From Camelus dromedarius (taxonomy: Eukaryota), in assembly GCF_036321535.1 (NCBI RefSeq), contig NC_087453.1, positions 24,056,001-24,120,000 of the forward strand: a stretch of DNA of 64,000 nucleotides. Direction: 5' to 3'. The translations under genes were made by a program, and so were the position numbers. How positions within the stretch are numbered: the stretch's first letter is position 1; every line of letters begins with the position of its first letter. Below are positions 39,473-53,043 of this stretch, piece by piece. Below the pieces are notes generated by a model, which saw nothing but the letters and a program-made list of their open reading frames with translations, ran no database searches and was not told the origin of the DNA.

Positions 39473-39710
39473 GCCTGCCAGTCCCTCCCGGCCACAGCAC
39501 ACACATCTCATAAGGGGCCAGAGTCAGGGAGCTGGTGAGGGTCCGGGACAGCAGGAGGCTCTACTCCTGCCCACGGCGGCCATCACAGGACGACTCAGCC
39601 TCCAGGCGGCTCTGCTGCTGCTGCTCCTGGGCCTGGGGCTACTTCTTGGAGCCAGAGGCATACCCTTGGCCCTGCTTGCCCTGGCTTTCTGCCTCCACCC
39701 TCGGACCTGA
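39473..39710 (+). CDS. C20orf141: C20orf141 coding exon 2 (total 167 aa)
   Basis: cacag| acceptor; RGQSQGAGEGPGQQEALLL...LAFCLHPRT-TGA; AATACA at 39723. Confidence 0.9.
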
Positions 39711-40365
39711 GAGTCCTCCAGAAATACACCAATTGTCCTCAAGCCTCCTTTCCTCCACCCTGAGCTGGGAAGTTGGGAGGATTACCCCCAGCCTGAACCT
39801 CAGGAGACTTCTGGCCCCACGATATGGACAGTGGATCCCTAGGTCTGAGTGTGAGGACATCGGTAAAAAGTGAGATAAAGGACAGGGAGCCCAGGGCAGG
39901 ATGTGTTAGCCATCTCAGAGCCTGTAGATTGGGGGCGGTCATTCTGGCTTCTGTGGTTCTGGAGAATGAGGGTCCAGAGAGAGAGTCTTGAAAAAGGGCA
40001 GAGTGGGACTGAATATCAGATAGCAGTGAAGGGACAGGGACCTAGAGAGGGCTTCCCACAAGAAAGCATGAGAAACTACATCTTTGGGTTCACAAGGCTC
40101 CTCAGCAGCCTGGAGTGTCCATGGAGAGAGGCTCAGGAAAGCCTCACATCCTACAGTGGTTCCTCTCTTGGCTGGACCCCACCCCAGCCTGGGTCACAAT
40201 GGGGCTCCTCTGGGGAGGGTGGGGGAGTAAGAGTGGGACTTCAAGGCTGGCTGCCAGGTTGTCCTGGGCGCTGCAGGAAGCAACATGACTTAGGTGGCTC
40301 TTCCCAGAGGTAAGACCCAGGCCCCAGCTCAAAGCCCCACCACAGCCATGCTGGTACCCTCCTGA

Positions 40366-40911
<546 letters not shown>

Positions 40912-42499
40912 AAGGGCAACCCCATCCCGCTGCTTGTGTCTGTTGAGCCCTGGCCTAGGGCCTGAGGCCCAGGGGAAAGGGAGGGCAGTGGGGCCAGGGC
41001 CTTCCCGCCTCAGCAGGCCCCAGACCTTCCATCCCTAGCAGGGACTGGTCAGGGCCTGCGTGATGTTGCTGGAGCTGGCAGGGTAGACTGGCCTGACCTC
41101 TGGGCACCTCCCTCAAGCTGATGCTGCAGGTACTTGGTGTAGGGGTTCAGGGGTTTTGAGAAGAGAGGTTAGGGCAGAAGGCTTAGCCAGGGGCAGAGCT
41201 TGGCCAGGCTGTCAAGAGCTCTCACGTGCCTGTGGTGACACCGCCGGGGCCCCCCTAGCAGCTGGCAGCATCTTTTTCTTGCTGAACTGGCTCAGCTTCA
41301 GATTCATAGAGAAACTTCCACCTGGGTGCCCCCGGACTTGCCATTCCTCCCACAATCCCCTCTTTCCACTTCCCCAGGCTCTAGAAAGGGCCCACTGACA
41401 GAAACTTAGCTGGGAGAGGGCTGGTCAGAAGTCCTGTAAGACCTCAAGCCAATTCACCTCCCAGACCTTTCTGCCCAAGCATTCCCCACTCCTTAGACTT
41501 CTACCTCCTGCCTCAGTCCACATCCCCAAGTCTGGGAAATGGGCCAAACAGGATAGTGAGGTTCCCAGAGAGCACCTACTCTTTAAGACTTTGGTATAGA
41601 GAAACAAGGAGTCCCATTCCACCCACCTACGCAATGTGTGACCTTGATCAATTAATTCTTTTGAGCCTTGATATGAAGTGGGTCCTGTCACGGAGCTGTT
41701 GTGAGTCAAAGCCAATAATACCTATGTGTGAAGCACTTTGCAGGATATTGTATTGAACTCTAAAGAGCAGAAAGCTTCCCTAGGCCTTCAGAGAAATGTT
41801 CTGTTATGGATACAGTTTGGGTCCTACAATGGTTCACAGAGGATGCACTGGGTGTGAACAAGATGTAAAAGGTTGTGCACCATGAAATCTCAAAATATGC
41901 AGGTGTTGAACTCTTCAGATTGTGAAATGCTTGGGACTGGGGCTTGGTGCCAGAGGATGCTTGCACAGCTGTGTGAGTTGGGGAAGCATAGCTCATAGGT
42001 TGCTAAAACCAACCCAACAAGTTGCTTACAGCACCAGGAAGGCCTTGGAAGGTGGAATCCCTTTGTGCCCAGAATGCTGGCTGTTCACACATCAGCTAAC
42101 CCTCCAAACTGAACAATGAGTGATCACTTATTACAAGTAAGGCCCTTGATGGACAGGTAAGACCCACCCATCTGACCCCTACTCCACTCCTGAGCCCCAA
42201 CTAGTCCCTGACCCTCCTCAATTCCTGCTCAGTCTTGACCCCACTGTATATCTAACCCTAAAATCCCTGCTCCTAAAGCCCGCAACCCAAAGCCCCCTCT
42301 CCTGCCTCCCAAATGCTCAGGCCCTGAAGACCAGCCCCTAGAACCCAGGTTCAGTTTTGCTAAAACCCATTTGCTGTGGATTTTCATAACCCTGCATGCT
42401 ACTAGTCAGACGCTTTCAGCATCAGTGTCTGAAACCCCAGGCACAGTCCTTCCTTTTGCCTTGTAGTTCTCCCTGGAAAAGGGCAACGCATGGCATGGA

Positions 42500-42730
42500 G
42501 CAGGTATAGCCTCGTGGTTAGCTTAGGTTCTGGTGTATTAGCCGAGGCTGGGTTTGAACACCAGCACTATCACTTTCTTTTTGGTAAAAATTGCTAAACC
42601 TTCTTGAACGTTATTTTTCTCTTGGTTAAAATCAAGGCAAGAACACTTTGGGGCCCCTGTGGGGCACTTGTTATGTGGGCAGAGTTTCTGGACTGACTCC
42701 TCACACCACTAACTGTAGCTATGCTGTTAC
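42500..42730 (+). mobile_element. MIR-like SINE
   Basis: GTATAGCCTCGTGGTTAGC...CTGGGTTTGAACACCAGC head with degraded core. Confidence 0.55.
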
Positions 42731-43320
42731 TATCGCATTTTAGAGCTGAGAAGTCAGGCTCAAGATAGCCGCTTGCCAAAGGCAAAGCCAGGTTGTTTGA
42801 GTCCTTGTCCACCCTTGCAGGCTACTACAGGGAAAGCAGTGCAGGAAATAGAACCTAACTGAAGACCCAAGGGCTTCTCAACTCCTATTCTAAAATCTCC
42901 TGTTCAAAAAAAAAAAAAGCCACAAAAGAATAAAAGGAAAAAATAAAATAAAAATAGAATAAAAATTTAAAAAGTTCCTGTCAGAGATGAAGCCTGGATG
43001 CCCATCTTGAATTCATCACTGACTTGGCTGTGCACTGCTGGCCAGGGGCTTCACTCTGGTGCCTTAGGGCCATTCTGATGGAAAGAAGAGGTTTGGGCCC
43101 AGACCAGACACACTGAGGGGCAGGATTTTGGCAGGTGCAAGGAGAAGGCCTTCTTCCCTGCTCCACATAAATATATATCTTCTACCCTCCTGCTCTGCTG
43201 GTGCAGAGTAAAGTGGTACAGACAGACTGGAGCAGATGGGCAATACTTATCCAATTAGAGTAAAACAAACCCTGTGGCCCGGCAACCCAAAATGAATTCT
43301 CCCAGAGCCCCATAATGGCC

Positions 43321-43482
43321 TTGCTCCTCAAAATGTGGTCCCAGGACCAGCAGTATAGGCATCACCTGGAAGCTGGCTAGAAATGCAGAATCTCAGGCCC
43401 CACTCCAGGCCTGATGAATCGGAGCCTGCACTTTGACAAGACATCCAGGCGCTACACATGCACACTGTTTGAGAGGTGCTGC
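43321..43482. mobile_element. MER5-family MITE
   Basis: CTCAAAATGTGGTCCCAGGACCAGCAGTATAGGCATCACCTGG...AGAAATGCAGAATCTCAGGCCCCAC. Confidence 0.85.
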
Positions 43483-43826
43483 AGGTGAGGGATATGTTTG
43501 AGAACGATGATTGCACTCTCATTGGTGGTGGCAGGAGATGAAAAAGGCAAAACACAGTGGATCAGCATGTGGAATGGAAGCAGTTAGAAGGGGTGGAAGC
43601 TCTGTGGACTGATCTGGAAATGCTAGCGTTGCATGCAAAGAAGCTGAATGAGAAAGAATACAATTCTTTTTACACAAACTTAAAACACATTTTTGGCAGG
43701 ACAAATAAGAACAAAAATTAGAATGGAACAGCCAACTCTAGGGTCAGGCAAATGGGAGGGGAGTATTAAGTAAGGGACCTTGCAGAAACGATAGAAAAAT
43801 ATCACGAACATAATTCCTGAAAATAC

Positions 43827-43932
43827 TTTATTATTTTTATTAGGTTTATTATTTAAATGGAGGTACTAGGGATTAAACCCAGGACCTCATGCATACTAAG
43901 CACACACTCTACCACTGAGCTATACCCTCCCC
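43827..43932 (-). mobile_element. tRNA-Ala-derived camelid SINE (Vic-1-like)
   Basis: minus GGGGAGGGTATAGCTCAGTGGTAGAGTG...GGTCCTGGGTTTAATCCCTAGTACCTCC. Confidence 0.88.
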
Positions 43933-44089
43933 TCTGAAATTACCTTCAATGTAGACAAAGTTATCCATTCAGACTTAAAATGCTTAAAAATGTAAACCTA
44001 GGAAGAATGAACATGCTGAAATGAAGATGTAAGCCTTTCCATTTGGGCCAAGAAGGGAAAGCTGTCCCATTGGCCTGAGTGACGTTGGC

Positions 44090-45130
44090 AGCGAGATCTG
44101 TTTCTTTGCCGTCCCTCCCCTACCCGACCTCGCAGCGTGCTCAGATGGGGTGGAGGTGAGGAGCCAGTAACCCGTGTGGCCTGGCCGGAAAAATGATCAA
44201 ATCAAGTGGAGCATAAGGAGCGGAGGAGGTGTCAGCCGCGAGGAGCTTTGCAGGTGAGAAAGCAGAGAGGGGATCCACAGAGGCATACGCCGCCTAGGAG
44301 CGCCCGGTTGGACTTTCCTCTGCCCCAAGGACTGGGGAACAATGAGTAGGAGCCGCTGGGATGCGGGAGGGTCTGAGAGGATGGTGTTCGGGGGCTCATA
44401 AGACTGAGGTTTCACTAGAGATAGAGCAGTCAGGGGCCAACCTCGGGGGAAGGAGAGGGGTTCCTGGAAGGAGGAGGCTGCGCGGCGCGGGGGAAACCTG
44501 TAAGAATCAGCTACGGGAAGCCGGGAGGGGGCGCTCTCACCCAGACTCGTGTGTGCCAGGGAAAACGGGAGGCTCCGTCCCAGCTAGAGGGTGAAGGGAG
44601 CCGCTGTCCTCATTGATAGTCCGTGGACACAGAGGAGTAGCTGGGAGACTGGATCCTGGGGGAGGCTGCGGCGGCGGCGGCGGCGGCGGCCTGCGATCCG
44701 CTGGGAGGTCGCCCCAGGAGCAGATGCAGGATGCGGAGTTCTTCGCAATCACCTAGGTTCAGGTGCGCGCGGGAGAGCGGTCAGGGCGACAGCTGGAGAG
44801 CGCCGAGCTGACTCTTTGACCGTGGAGCCAGAATGGGGTGGGCTTGGGCCTGACGTTGGGAAGAAAATCCCAAACCCAGCTAGGGATCGGAGCGTTGCGG
44901 ACACCCACAAGGGGAATGTGCTAATGTCAATCCGGGTAAATCGACACAGCACGCCCCCCCGCACCCCGCCCCAGCTCCCGGAATCACAGCCTGCGGACTG
45001 ATCCGTGCAAGGTGCGGCCCACTGGCGGAGATCTTAGCTCTAGCTGCAAGAGTCGGGCTTGGCGGGGTGTGGAATGAGAGGGAAGAGGGGAAGAGGTATC
45101 TCACCGGCCAGGACACGGGCAGTGGCAGGG
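44090..45130. promoter_or_regulatory. orphan CpG-rich island with (GCG)7 repeat
   Basis: CpG-dense; GCG repeat 44668-44690; no recognised gene start nearby. Confidence 0.6.
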
Positions 45131-45544
45131 AGGGTAGATCGTGGGGCCAGGAAGGAGCATCTCCAGCCCACTGTCTTCGCTGACTCCTCAAAATCTCATT
45201 AACCGAAGTCTCTAGCCTGGGTCCCCCAATCAGAAATCCAGAGGCATTGAGGGCAGAGCTCATGAGGATCCTGGAGAAGGAAGGGCCCAATCCAGTTGGC
45301 TTCACTATCTCACCCATTGCTGTCCCAACCTTAGTCTATTATTCCATTCCTCCTGGGGGTAAAGAGCTGTTTGTTGTGAGGCTCTGGACACAATCAACTT
45401 TGGATAAGTTATTTTCTGCTGAGCAGACATCTCTATAACCTTTCAAATATTTTCCATCTTAAAAATAAAAGAATTTAAGAGCTGTTGCCATTACCGTATT
45501 TTCTGGCCGGTGTCTTCAAGTGTCTAACCAAAACCCAATTTTTA

Positions 45545-46170
45545 AAATTGATATGTGATACTGTATACTTGAAAAATGTTTGTAACATATATGAAAATTG
45601 TGAAGCCTTCTAAATGGAATACCACATCCATCTAAAAGCCAGATGTTAGGAGGGTAAGGCTTCCTCCTTTGGGTTCATCTTCTGACTATACAAGCTGGGA
45701 TTCCCAGACAATGGCATGTGGAATTGTTGTTCACAGGAACTTTGACTTGATTCCCATTGTCAAGAACCTCTTCTAAGTTATAGAAAAGTAATGAACTACT
45801 GATACAACATGGATGAATTTCCATGTTGTTCCATTAATCCCATTAATCAGACTGAATGAAAGAAGCCACATGAAAAAGAGTACCTGTGGAATGATTCCAT
45901 TTCCGTAAGATTCTAGGAAATGCAAACTGATCTATAGTAACAGGAAGTATGTCAATTATCAAGGGTGGCTTATGGATGGGGGTGGGAAGATGTGAGGAGG
46001 TGGTGGGGAATGGAGGCAGGGAGGGCTTATAAAAAGGCAGAAAGATAAATTTCATTATCTAGATTGTGATGATGGTTTCACATTTGTATATATGTTAAAA
46101 TTTATCAAATTATACATTTGAAATGTATGCAGTTTATTGTCTATCAGTTACAGTTACCTCAATAAAGCAT
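45545..46170 (+). mobile_element. old L1M 3' end fragments
   Basis: TGATTCCATTTCCGTAAGATTCTAGGAAATGCAAACTGATCTATAG...TTACCTCAATAAAGC. Confidence 0.75.
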
Positions 46171-46414
46171 TTTTTTTAGGTCCATTTCCTTACGATCAGA
46201 AAGAGTTTATCTTTCACTAATGTACATGGTAGATGTATTTAAACACTAAAATGAACTCAACACACAATCTATGCAATGAACTGGATAATGTAACAGAAAA
46301 CAAGTTATCTATTTTTGTTGGGAAACCTCCAGTTGGGTTAAGATTTTTTGAAAAAAAAATTCCCCAAATTTCTTAAGACTTTTTGTTGGGCTATACCCAT
46401 AGGCCTACAAGGCC

Positions 46415-46813
46415 TGTACTTGCCCAACTTCAAGAGCTAGCCTTGAGTCCTTGACAGAGAAATCAACGGTTTAATAGATAGGGGTGGGGGTCTTCCACAT
46501 CTGAAGCAAGGTCCTGGAGTGACTCTCCACCATGTGCAGCAGACAGCAGGCAGCACAAGGCAGTCTTTGCTCCCCAGGGCAGGGGAGGTTAGCAGTTAAT
46601 AGGGGGAAATTGATGTCATTGGTTACCAGGGAAAGCAACAGAGGCACACAACCCCTCACTGCCCCTTTGATAAGACCAATCATTAACTGGGGCCTGGGGC
46701 AAGTGCGTAGGAAGGTCACTCATGTGAGTAGGTGTAGGTGAAGGGGGCACTGGCTGAGCAGGGGGATGTACAGAAAGCAAGAGAATAGCCACCTTGAGTG
46801 GCCTGACCATACA
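46415..46813 (-). mobile_element. ERV solo LTR (antisense)
   Basis: TG...CA ends; minus start TGTATGGTCAGGCCACTC; minus ATTAAA near 46470. Confidence 0.55.
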
Positions 46814-48877
46814 CTATTTTTCCCTAAAAAATAAAGGCTGGTGTCACAAAGTGCTCATGTATCTTTTACTCCTTTCAGGAATATCTTGTTATGGCACAGG
46901 AAAGGATATTGGAGCCGTTCTTTAGAAAATCAAGAGTCTATGAATGAGAGGGAGTCTATGTAAAATTGTCTTCTTAAATGATTTGTCAATGGTCAAAATA
47001 TAAATGGTTTTTGAGGCAATGAAGTTTGAGTTCTGTCATGCTTAATTAGCAAATAGTGTGCCTACACACTGGAGAAACGTACGTTTTTCATTGTTTTTAC
47101 ACCTCAAAACAAGAGCCAGGAAACAACTGAAGTGCATGTAATGACTTGTATGTGGCTATTTTTAAAGTTTGTTTCCCAGTCACAACTGAATAAAATCTGT
47201 AACAGAGGAGTCAAGTGTCTTGAACTATATACTTAATATGACAAGCTGAAAATAAAATAACTTCTCTCCATTTTATTCTGATAGATTTCAAATCTACATT
47301 GGGAAGCTGAAGAAAAGGTTATGAAACCTCACTGTGGGCAATGGGAGCCACAAAGAAAGATGGTGTGAAAATTAGGAAGGCAGATCTAGAATGTCAAGGA
47401 CATGGAACACGCTGAACAGTCTCAAGGTGCAAACAGTGTGAGAGTTTCAAAATTAGGATGGCATTGGAAAGGGGAAAAACCTAGGCAAGGCTCAGTAGGG
47501 AAAGTGACAGGGAATTAGAGAAAAAGATGGCAAGCAACAGAGAGGGCTCCATGAGGCTGGGTAACTCATATGACTCTTTTGTGTAAATCAGTCTGGGTGT
47601 AGTCTTCCCTAGTAACACTGAGAAGCCCCAGATTCAGAGATGCAGATGGAGAAAAGAGTTTTGTGCGAAGGCAGGAAGGAATGAACAAGAAATTAGGCAA
47701 ATTAATGAAAAGAAAAAATTACTTTTTGCAATAAAAATGATCTGAAATCTTATCTCTTTATCAAGAGGCTTTCTTTCATTTCTGTATGTTGCGTTCCACT
47801 TTTTGCAAGCTCATTTCAGGCACTGTCTCATTTGATTCTCAACAGCCCTGACAATGGTGCTCTCTAAAGGTTTTTATTAACTCACATTGTCTATACCAGT
47901 TTCCCCAGCACGGGTGTGTGTTAACTTAGTAGCTTCCCTTCATTTGCACTTAGTAGATTTCTAGCAAGGATAAAAAGTTTTCTGGTCTTCTGTCTCCATG
48001 TCCATTTGAGCAGGATGTTATACCCTTTGACAAAGTAAAATTTCAGTAACAAGTATGGAAAGTGAATGCCAGAGCTCTGCATCCCTCTCTTCCATCCCAT
48101 TCTACTTGAAAATTATTTAGTGGGTCTCTGTGCTTCCTTATTACCAGCCCACTGCCATGCTGTGCCCCCACCCCCCCACACCACCACTTAGCCTACATGA
48201 TACCCCTGATGCTTAGTAGTCACCAACCTCGGGTCAAGACCACTTGTCAAAGCCAAGACCCTATCCTCTTTCTTAACTTCCTTAAAAAGTTTGCCCAAGC
48301 TCCCTACCCCCACTCCATGCTGAAATTCTCCCTCAGCTCCTCCTCTCTGGCCCACCCACCAAAGAAGTTGGCCTATGATCACTTTGCTCCCATTGTACAC
48401 TGTATCTATTAAATACGGGGTTTCTAATTGGCCTCCCACTTGACCATGGGAGCTTCTTTAGTTCCAACCACTTATTGAGTGTCTACCATATGCCAAGCAT
48501 TGTGCAAGGTAAGGTATGTGCCTACCTCCAGGAGTAGTTCAACACTGAACGTACACATGAATGTGTGAAACCAGTATAGTTAAGAACTAGCCAGACCCAA
48601 AACTCCATATAAAATATTGGTAATTTTAAACCAGCCCTTGATATGTCCCAATCCCAAAGAGCTGCTGACAACAGGGGACCCCTCCAGGATCTTTGTTAAG
48701 TACATGTGTGTTCTGGTGAGGGTGTAAATGAGTGTGTGAGACAGCAGGAAGGACTCAGTGTGAGTTGAAAAGTCCAAGGTTGGAGAGACACTAGAGGCAG
48801 CCTCTCCAACTCTCAAGATCATGGTTTGGGAGATCCACTCCCCCACACAAAAAGATGCCGCTCTGTTCTTCCATGCT

Positions 48878-48883
48878 TTTATT
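48878..48883 (-). terminator. PCED1A polyA signal AATAAA
   Basis: plus TTTATT about 120 nt after the stop. Confidence 0.75.
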
Positions 48884-49000
48884 GGTGACAGCAATGGACA
48901 AGAACAATGCCAGGCACAGGAGACACCCTGGCCCAGCACCTGGGGTGGCAAGCAGGCCCTGCAGGGCCACTGGCACATCCACCCCAGCACAAGATCCAGT

Positions 49001-49248
49001 CTACACGGGCCATGTCCCCGAATGGGCAGGAGGCCGTCTGTCCAGTTTGTATGTGTGGATCAGCCTGTCTGAGTGTCTGAGCCGCTGCTTGCAGGGCGCC
49101 CCCATCCTCGGCACATGGTAGGGGCTGTTGTGAACACAGCGCGGTATCCCCCGGTGGACCACCGGGCCCCGATGCTGACCTTGGGGGATAGGGCTGGAGA
49201 CTGGAGGAGGCAGGGGGCCAGGCACAAAGTTCCCTCCAGGACCACATC
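49001..49248 (-). CDS. PCED1A: PCED1A last coding exon
   Basis: CGPGGNFVPGPLPPP...QRLRHSDRLIHTYKLDRRPPAHSGTWPV-TAG. Confidence 0.94.
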
Positions 49249-49602
49249 CTACAAAAGAACCAGCAGTTATGAGAGTGGGCTTCTGGCCAGGGTGAACCCA
49301 GCTCTGCCTTCAGGCAGTTCTGGTCCTCCAGGGTGAGTTTTTCCAGGTGGGCTTCAGTTTTCCCATCTGCAAAATGGCAATACCACCTCCCTTACCTCCA
49401 AATCAGGAAATTGTGACAATCAATGAGCTAACTAATGAGTCTGCAGATGCTGTTCCAGACTCAGCTGTGACTGAACCCAATCCTGGGGGATACTCTAGGG
49501 CTGCCCAACTCCCCTCAGCCCACCTGGACGTAGGAGGCTGGGCTAGGGGAGGTTCAAGAGAAGGCTGGGAAAGGTATGATGGGAGGCTGTGGAGGCACCT
49601 AC

Positions 49603-49872
49603 CTAAGTGGGGTGGCATCGAGAAGTCTTCCGTTGGATTATAATTGAAGAATTCATGGGGTAGGAAGGGCTGGCCTGGGAAAAAAGGGGGATCCTGGGGC
49701 AGGGGTGGAAACAGAGGAGGTGGGGAGGGCTGAGGGAGAGGGTGGGGAAAAGGCATGGGAGGGGGCAAGGGAGAGGGCGGGGGCAAGGCCAGCTGCTCCC
49801 CAAAGTCTGGGGGCTGCCCCTGGCTCCCCTGGAAGAGATGCTCTGGCTCTGGCCAGTCTTCAGTCCAAGGAT
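49603..49872 (-). CDS. PCED1A: PCED1A coding exon 6 (Pro-rich)
   Basis: 270 bp; DPWTEDW...PMPFPHPLPQPSPPPLFPPLPQD...EDFSMPPHL. Confidence 0.94.
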   Translation of the reverse strand: MLGLKTGQSQSISSRGARGSPQTLGSSWPCPRPLPCPLPCLFPTLSLSPPHLLCFHPCPRIPLFSQASPSYPMNSSIIIQRKTSRCHPT

Positions 49873-50379
49873 CTAGGAATGGGATGGTTGTTTCAGGCAG
49901 GCCTGGGGAGCCAGGCTGCCCTGAACCCTGGCTGTCCACACGCCTAAACCTCTACTCCCACCTCTTAAGAGAACAGGGCACCTTCTGCTTCCTGCTTCCT
50001 GAGGTTCCCTCCTCCCCTCTCGTTTCACGCCAAGCCCAAGCTGTGTTCCTTCCTTCTTGCCTTTCTTAACAGGCAGTGGATCTGCCTTTGTTCTAACTTC
50101 ACGCTCCCCTCCAGAGCTTTCTCCCTTTGTCGTCGGCTCCCATATCTTTAGCTTTGGCCTCTCCCAGCTCCTCCCCGCAAACCAATAAATAAGCTCAGTC
50201 AGTTTTCTCTCTTAAAAACAGAGATCCTGTCTCTTCCTTCTCACAGTAGTCCCTGGTTCCTTTCAAACTTCCACACACAGCATTCTGCCCGGTTGCCATT
50301 CCTTCATCAACTGCTCCCTGACTCTTTTAACCCTACTTCACTCCTTCAACACTTCTCCTAAATGTAACCACTTCCTCTC

Positions 50380-51060
50380 TTCCTGATAGTCACACAACAT
50401 GACCAACAGCCTCTGTCCTCCTTGAAACTGCCACCACCCTCATCTCCTTTTGTTTCCTCCATTGGCTCCTCTTCTGTTCCAGCTCCAAAACACGATCATG
50501 GTTTCACCCAATCCGTCACAGTTCACATTCATGCCTTCAGCTGCCATCTCTCTGCTGCGCCCTATGACTCCAAATCTACTCAGCATCTCCACAGGAATGC
50601 CAAGAGATCTGCCCTGACCAAACTCACCAACTCATTCTCCCACCCAACTCTTCCTTTTGACGTTCCTACTTCTGTGGCTCCAAACTGGGTTCGGAAGACC
50701 AAGCCACCCCAAACTAGCCTTACAACCTTTAGAGGAGCCCTTCCTTTGTTGCAGATCAATTCTCTTGTCTAAAAAAACAAGGAAACTGAACCATTATACA
50801 ATCAATTATTATATAATTCGCCTCCATGATGCTCCAACTCCAGGCTACCAAGTCCCGAATTTGACATTCTTGGCCTCTCTGTGCCCCGACGCCCTCTGGT
50901 GCTACTACAGCCTTCTAACATGAGTCATGTCGCCAATTCAATAAACACCATCCCATAGGCACTATATACACGACTGTGCTAGACACTGGGGTTGAAAGGA
51001 GTGAGCTGTCAACAAGTGAGGCAAGAACCTTGCCCTTGGAGGACATGATCCAGGGGAGAA
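50380..51060. mobile_element. L2 LINE fragments
   Basis: CT-rich degraded L2-like sequence; CAATTCAATAAACA..., CTGTGCTAGACACTGGG. Confidence 0.55.
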
Positions 51061-51486
51061 GCAGACATGCAACATAACTCACGATGTCCCCTTTTACGGG
51101 CAGGCAGGAACTGAGAGCCTGATGGCACCAGCCAAGGGGCTCTGATGCTTCTGCTACACTGCCTGGACTGCCTTTCCTCTGTTCATCTTTCTACCCTCCA
51201 AGTCCATTCCTATTTAAAAGTATCCCCATTTCTTTCCTGTTTATCTGTCTTTTGACATGCTGCCTTACATGCTTGATGCTTACACAAGCTCATTCACGTA
51301 CACGGAGGTCACTATACCGCTAGACCACACAGAAACCCAGGGGAAGAAGAAGACACTCTCAGTGTCCGCAACAGTCCTTCAAGGGGCCTCTACTCCCTTT
51401 GGGTATCTCTGTCCTGTTGTGTCTGAGCCTTAGGCTCTGAGGGCCCTTTTTGCATCACTACCCTCCCAACTTGTGGTAGGGCTCAC

Positions 51487-51733
51487 CAGGGAGATAGTCA
51501 CGCTTGGGCAGCTCCACACCCCAGGCATCGGCCACGTGGCTCAGAAGCAAGTGTGAGAGGTGGCGGTGGGCGTGCTGGTCCCAGTGGACCCCGTCCCGGT
51601 GACGGTGCTGAACTGCATGCCGGAAATGAAAGTGGAGATCCAGGACATCGAAGCAGTAGTCCCCGGCCAGTGTAGCGCTGTAGAAGTTCCCTTCAACCAC
51701 ATCCCGCCGCAGAGAGCCCGCCAGGGGCTGGAG
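51487..51733 (-). CDS. PCED1A: PCED1A coding exon 5 (DGVH motif)
   Basis: 247 bp; LQPLAGSLRRDVVEGNFYSATLAGDYCFDVLDLHFHFRHAVQHRHRDGVHWDQ... Confidence 0.95.
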
Positions 51734-51850
51734 CTGAGTGAGAAAGTGCAGCATCCAAGAGCCACAGAATGAAGGCAGGATTGGGAGGGAGGGTCCTCTA
51801 TGTACCAGTCAGTTGCCCATCCTCCATCCTGAGGGGCCCCGGTCACTTGC

Positions 51851-52001
51851 CTCAGGCAGAAGGAAACCCCCAGTGACACGCTCCCCTAGGGGCATTGCCA
51901 TGTTCCACACCAGCAGGCAGGAGTCTGGCAACACCTGGTCCATGCGCACGAACACCCGCTCCAGGTTCTCTCGGTAGCTCTCCATTGAGCAGCGGCCATA
52001 C
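51851..52001 (-). CDS. PCED1A: PCED1A coding exon 4 (GC donor)
   Basis: 151 bp; YGRCSMESYRENLERVFVRMDQVLPDSCLLVWNMAMPLGERVTGGFLLPE|gcaagt. Confidence 0.93.
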
Positions 52002-52100
52002 CTGTTGGGCAGCACAAAGGGTGGGCAAGAACACAGGGATGGATGGCCTCTGAGCCATACCTCCACCCTGAGTCAGTACTGCCCTCTCCCCAGCCCCAAC

Positions 52101-52339
52101 CTGGAGAGATCCCAGAGGCAGGAGTTGATGATCACCAGGTCTGGGGCAGGCCCATACGTCAGCTCCTCCAGGACTCCCTCGAGGTACTCAGAGTAAACGC
52201 GGGTGAGGAAGTAGAATCGCACAAGGTGGTGGCCAGAACCTGAGCAGAACTGGCGGACCTCCCGGTACTGCGTCCCGTTGTGCAGCTCGCCCAGCTGACC
52301 GCCAGCCACCAGCTGGTCCTGTTCAAAACTCAGCTCCCC
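52101..52339 (-). CDS. PCED1A: PCED1A coding exon 3
   Basis: 239 bp; [15 protein letters not shown]...[12 protein letters not shown]...[14 protein letters not shown]. Confidence 0.95.
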
Positions 52340-52449
52340 CTGCCCACCCCCCCCAACCCAGCTGGTCAGACCCATGCCAGGGAGGACAACCCTACCAGGC
52401 CAGGGTCTGAGCTTGCCCACCACTGACATGGCTAGTAGGCTTGCCTCAC

Positions 52450-52529
52450 CTTGGCTTTCAACTGGGCAGCTGTGAGCAGTGAGTCTTTCTGGAGCAGGAG
52501 CACCAGGTCCTTGTACACAGCCCGCTGGA
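52450..52529 (-). CDS. PCED1A: PCED1A coding exon 2
   Basis: 80 bp; (I)[26 protein letters not shown]. Confidence 0.95.
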
Positions 52530-53043
52530 CTGCAGGGAGACAGAGATCCCAATGCTGAGGCATGCCTCACTCCACCTCAACCCCTTTCAAGTCCAGGCCT
52601 CCCATCCTCCCAGGGCTGGGTTGCCTAAAACCACCTTTGTGGAGTGTTGAATGAGAAGCAAGAGAAAACGTGATGTTAAAAACTCCTGGCACTGCCTCTG
52701 TTCCTTCTACCTATATGCCATTCCTCAACTTGATGCACAGTGACTCAAGATCACCTGGCAGAGGTCAAGTCATCCAAGACATACACAATCCACCGCTTCC
52801 ATGAGAGAAATTGTGGGGGACTGTTAGGAGGAAAAATGCTAAGCAAGGATGGGGTGAAAAGCTTGACAGGATACATCTGTCAGGACACCTGTAGTACCAG
52901 CTGGGGAAATAAAAAGAGAAAACCTACTGATTTGAAACTGACTAGGGATCAGTGAGGACGTTTGAGATAGAGATGATGGGTCCAGACACAGAACATAGGC
53001 TGCAGATGCGGAAACGCAAGTGCGATTCCAGAAGGGCACTCAC

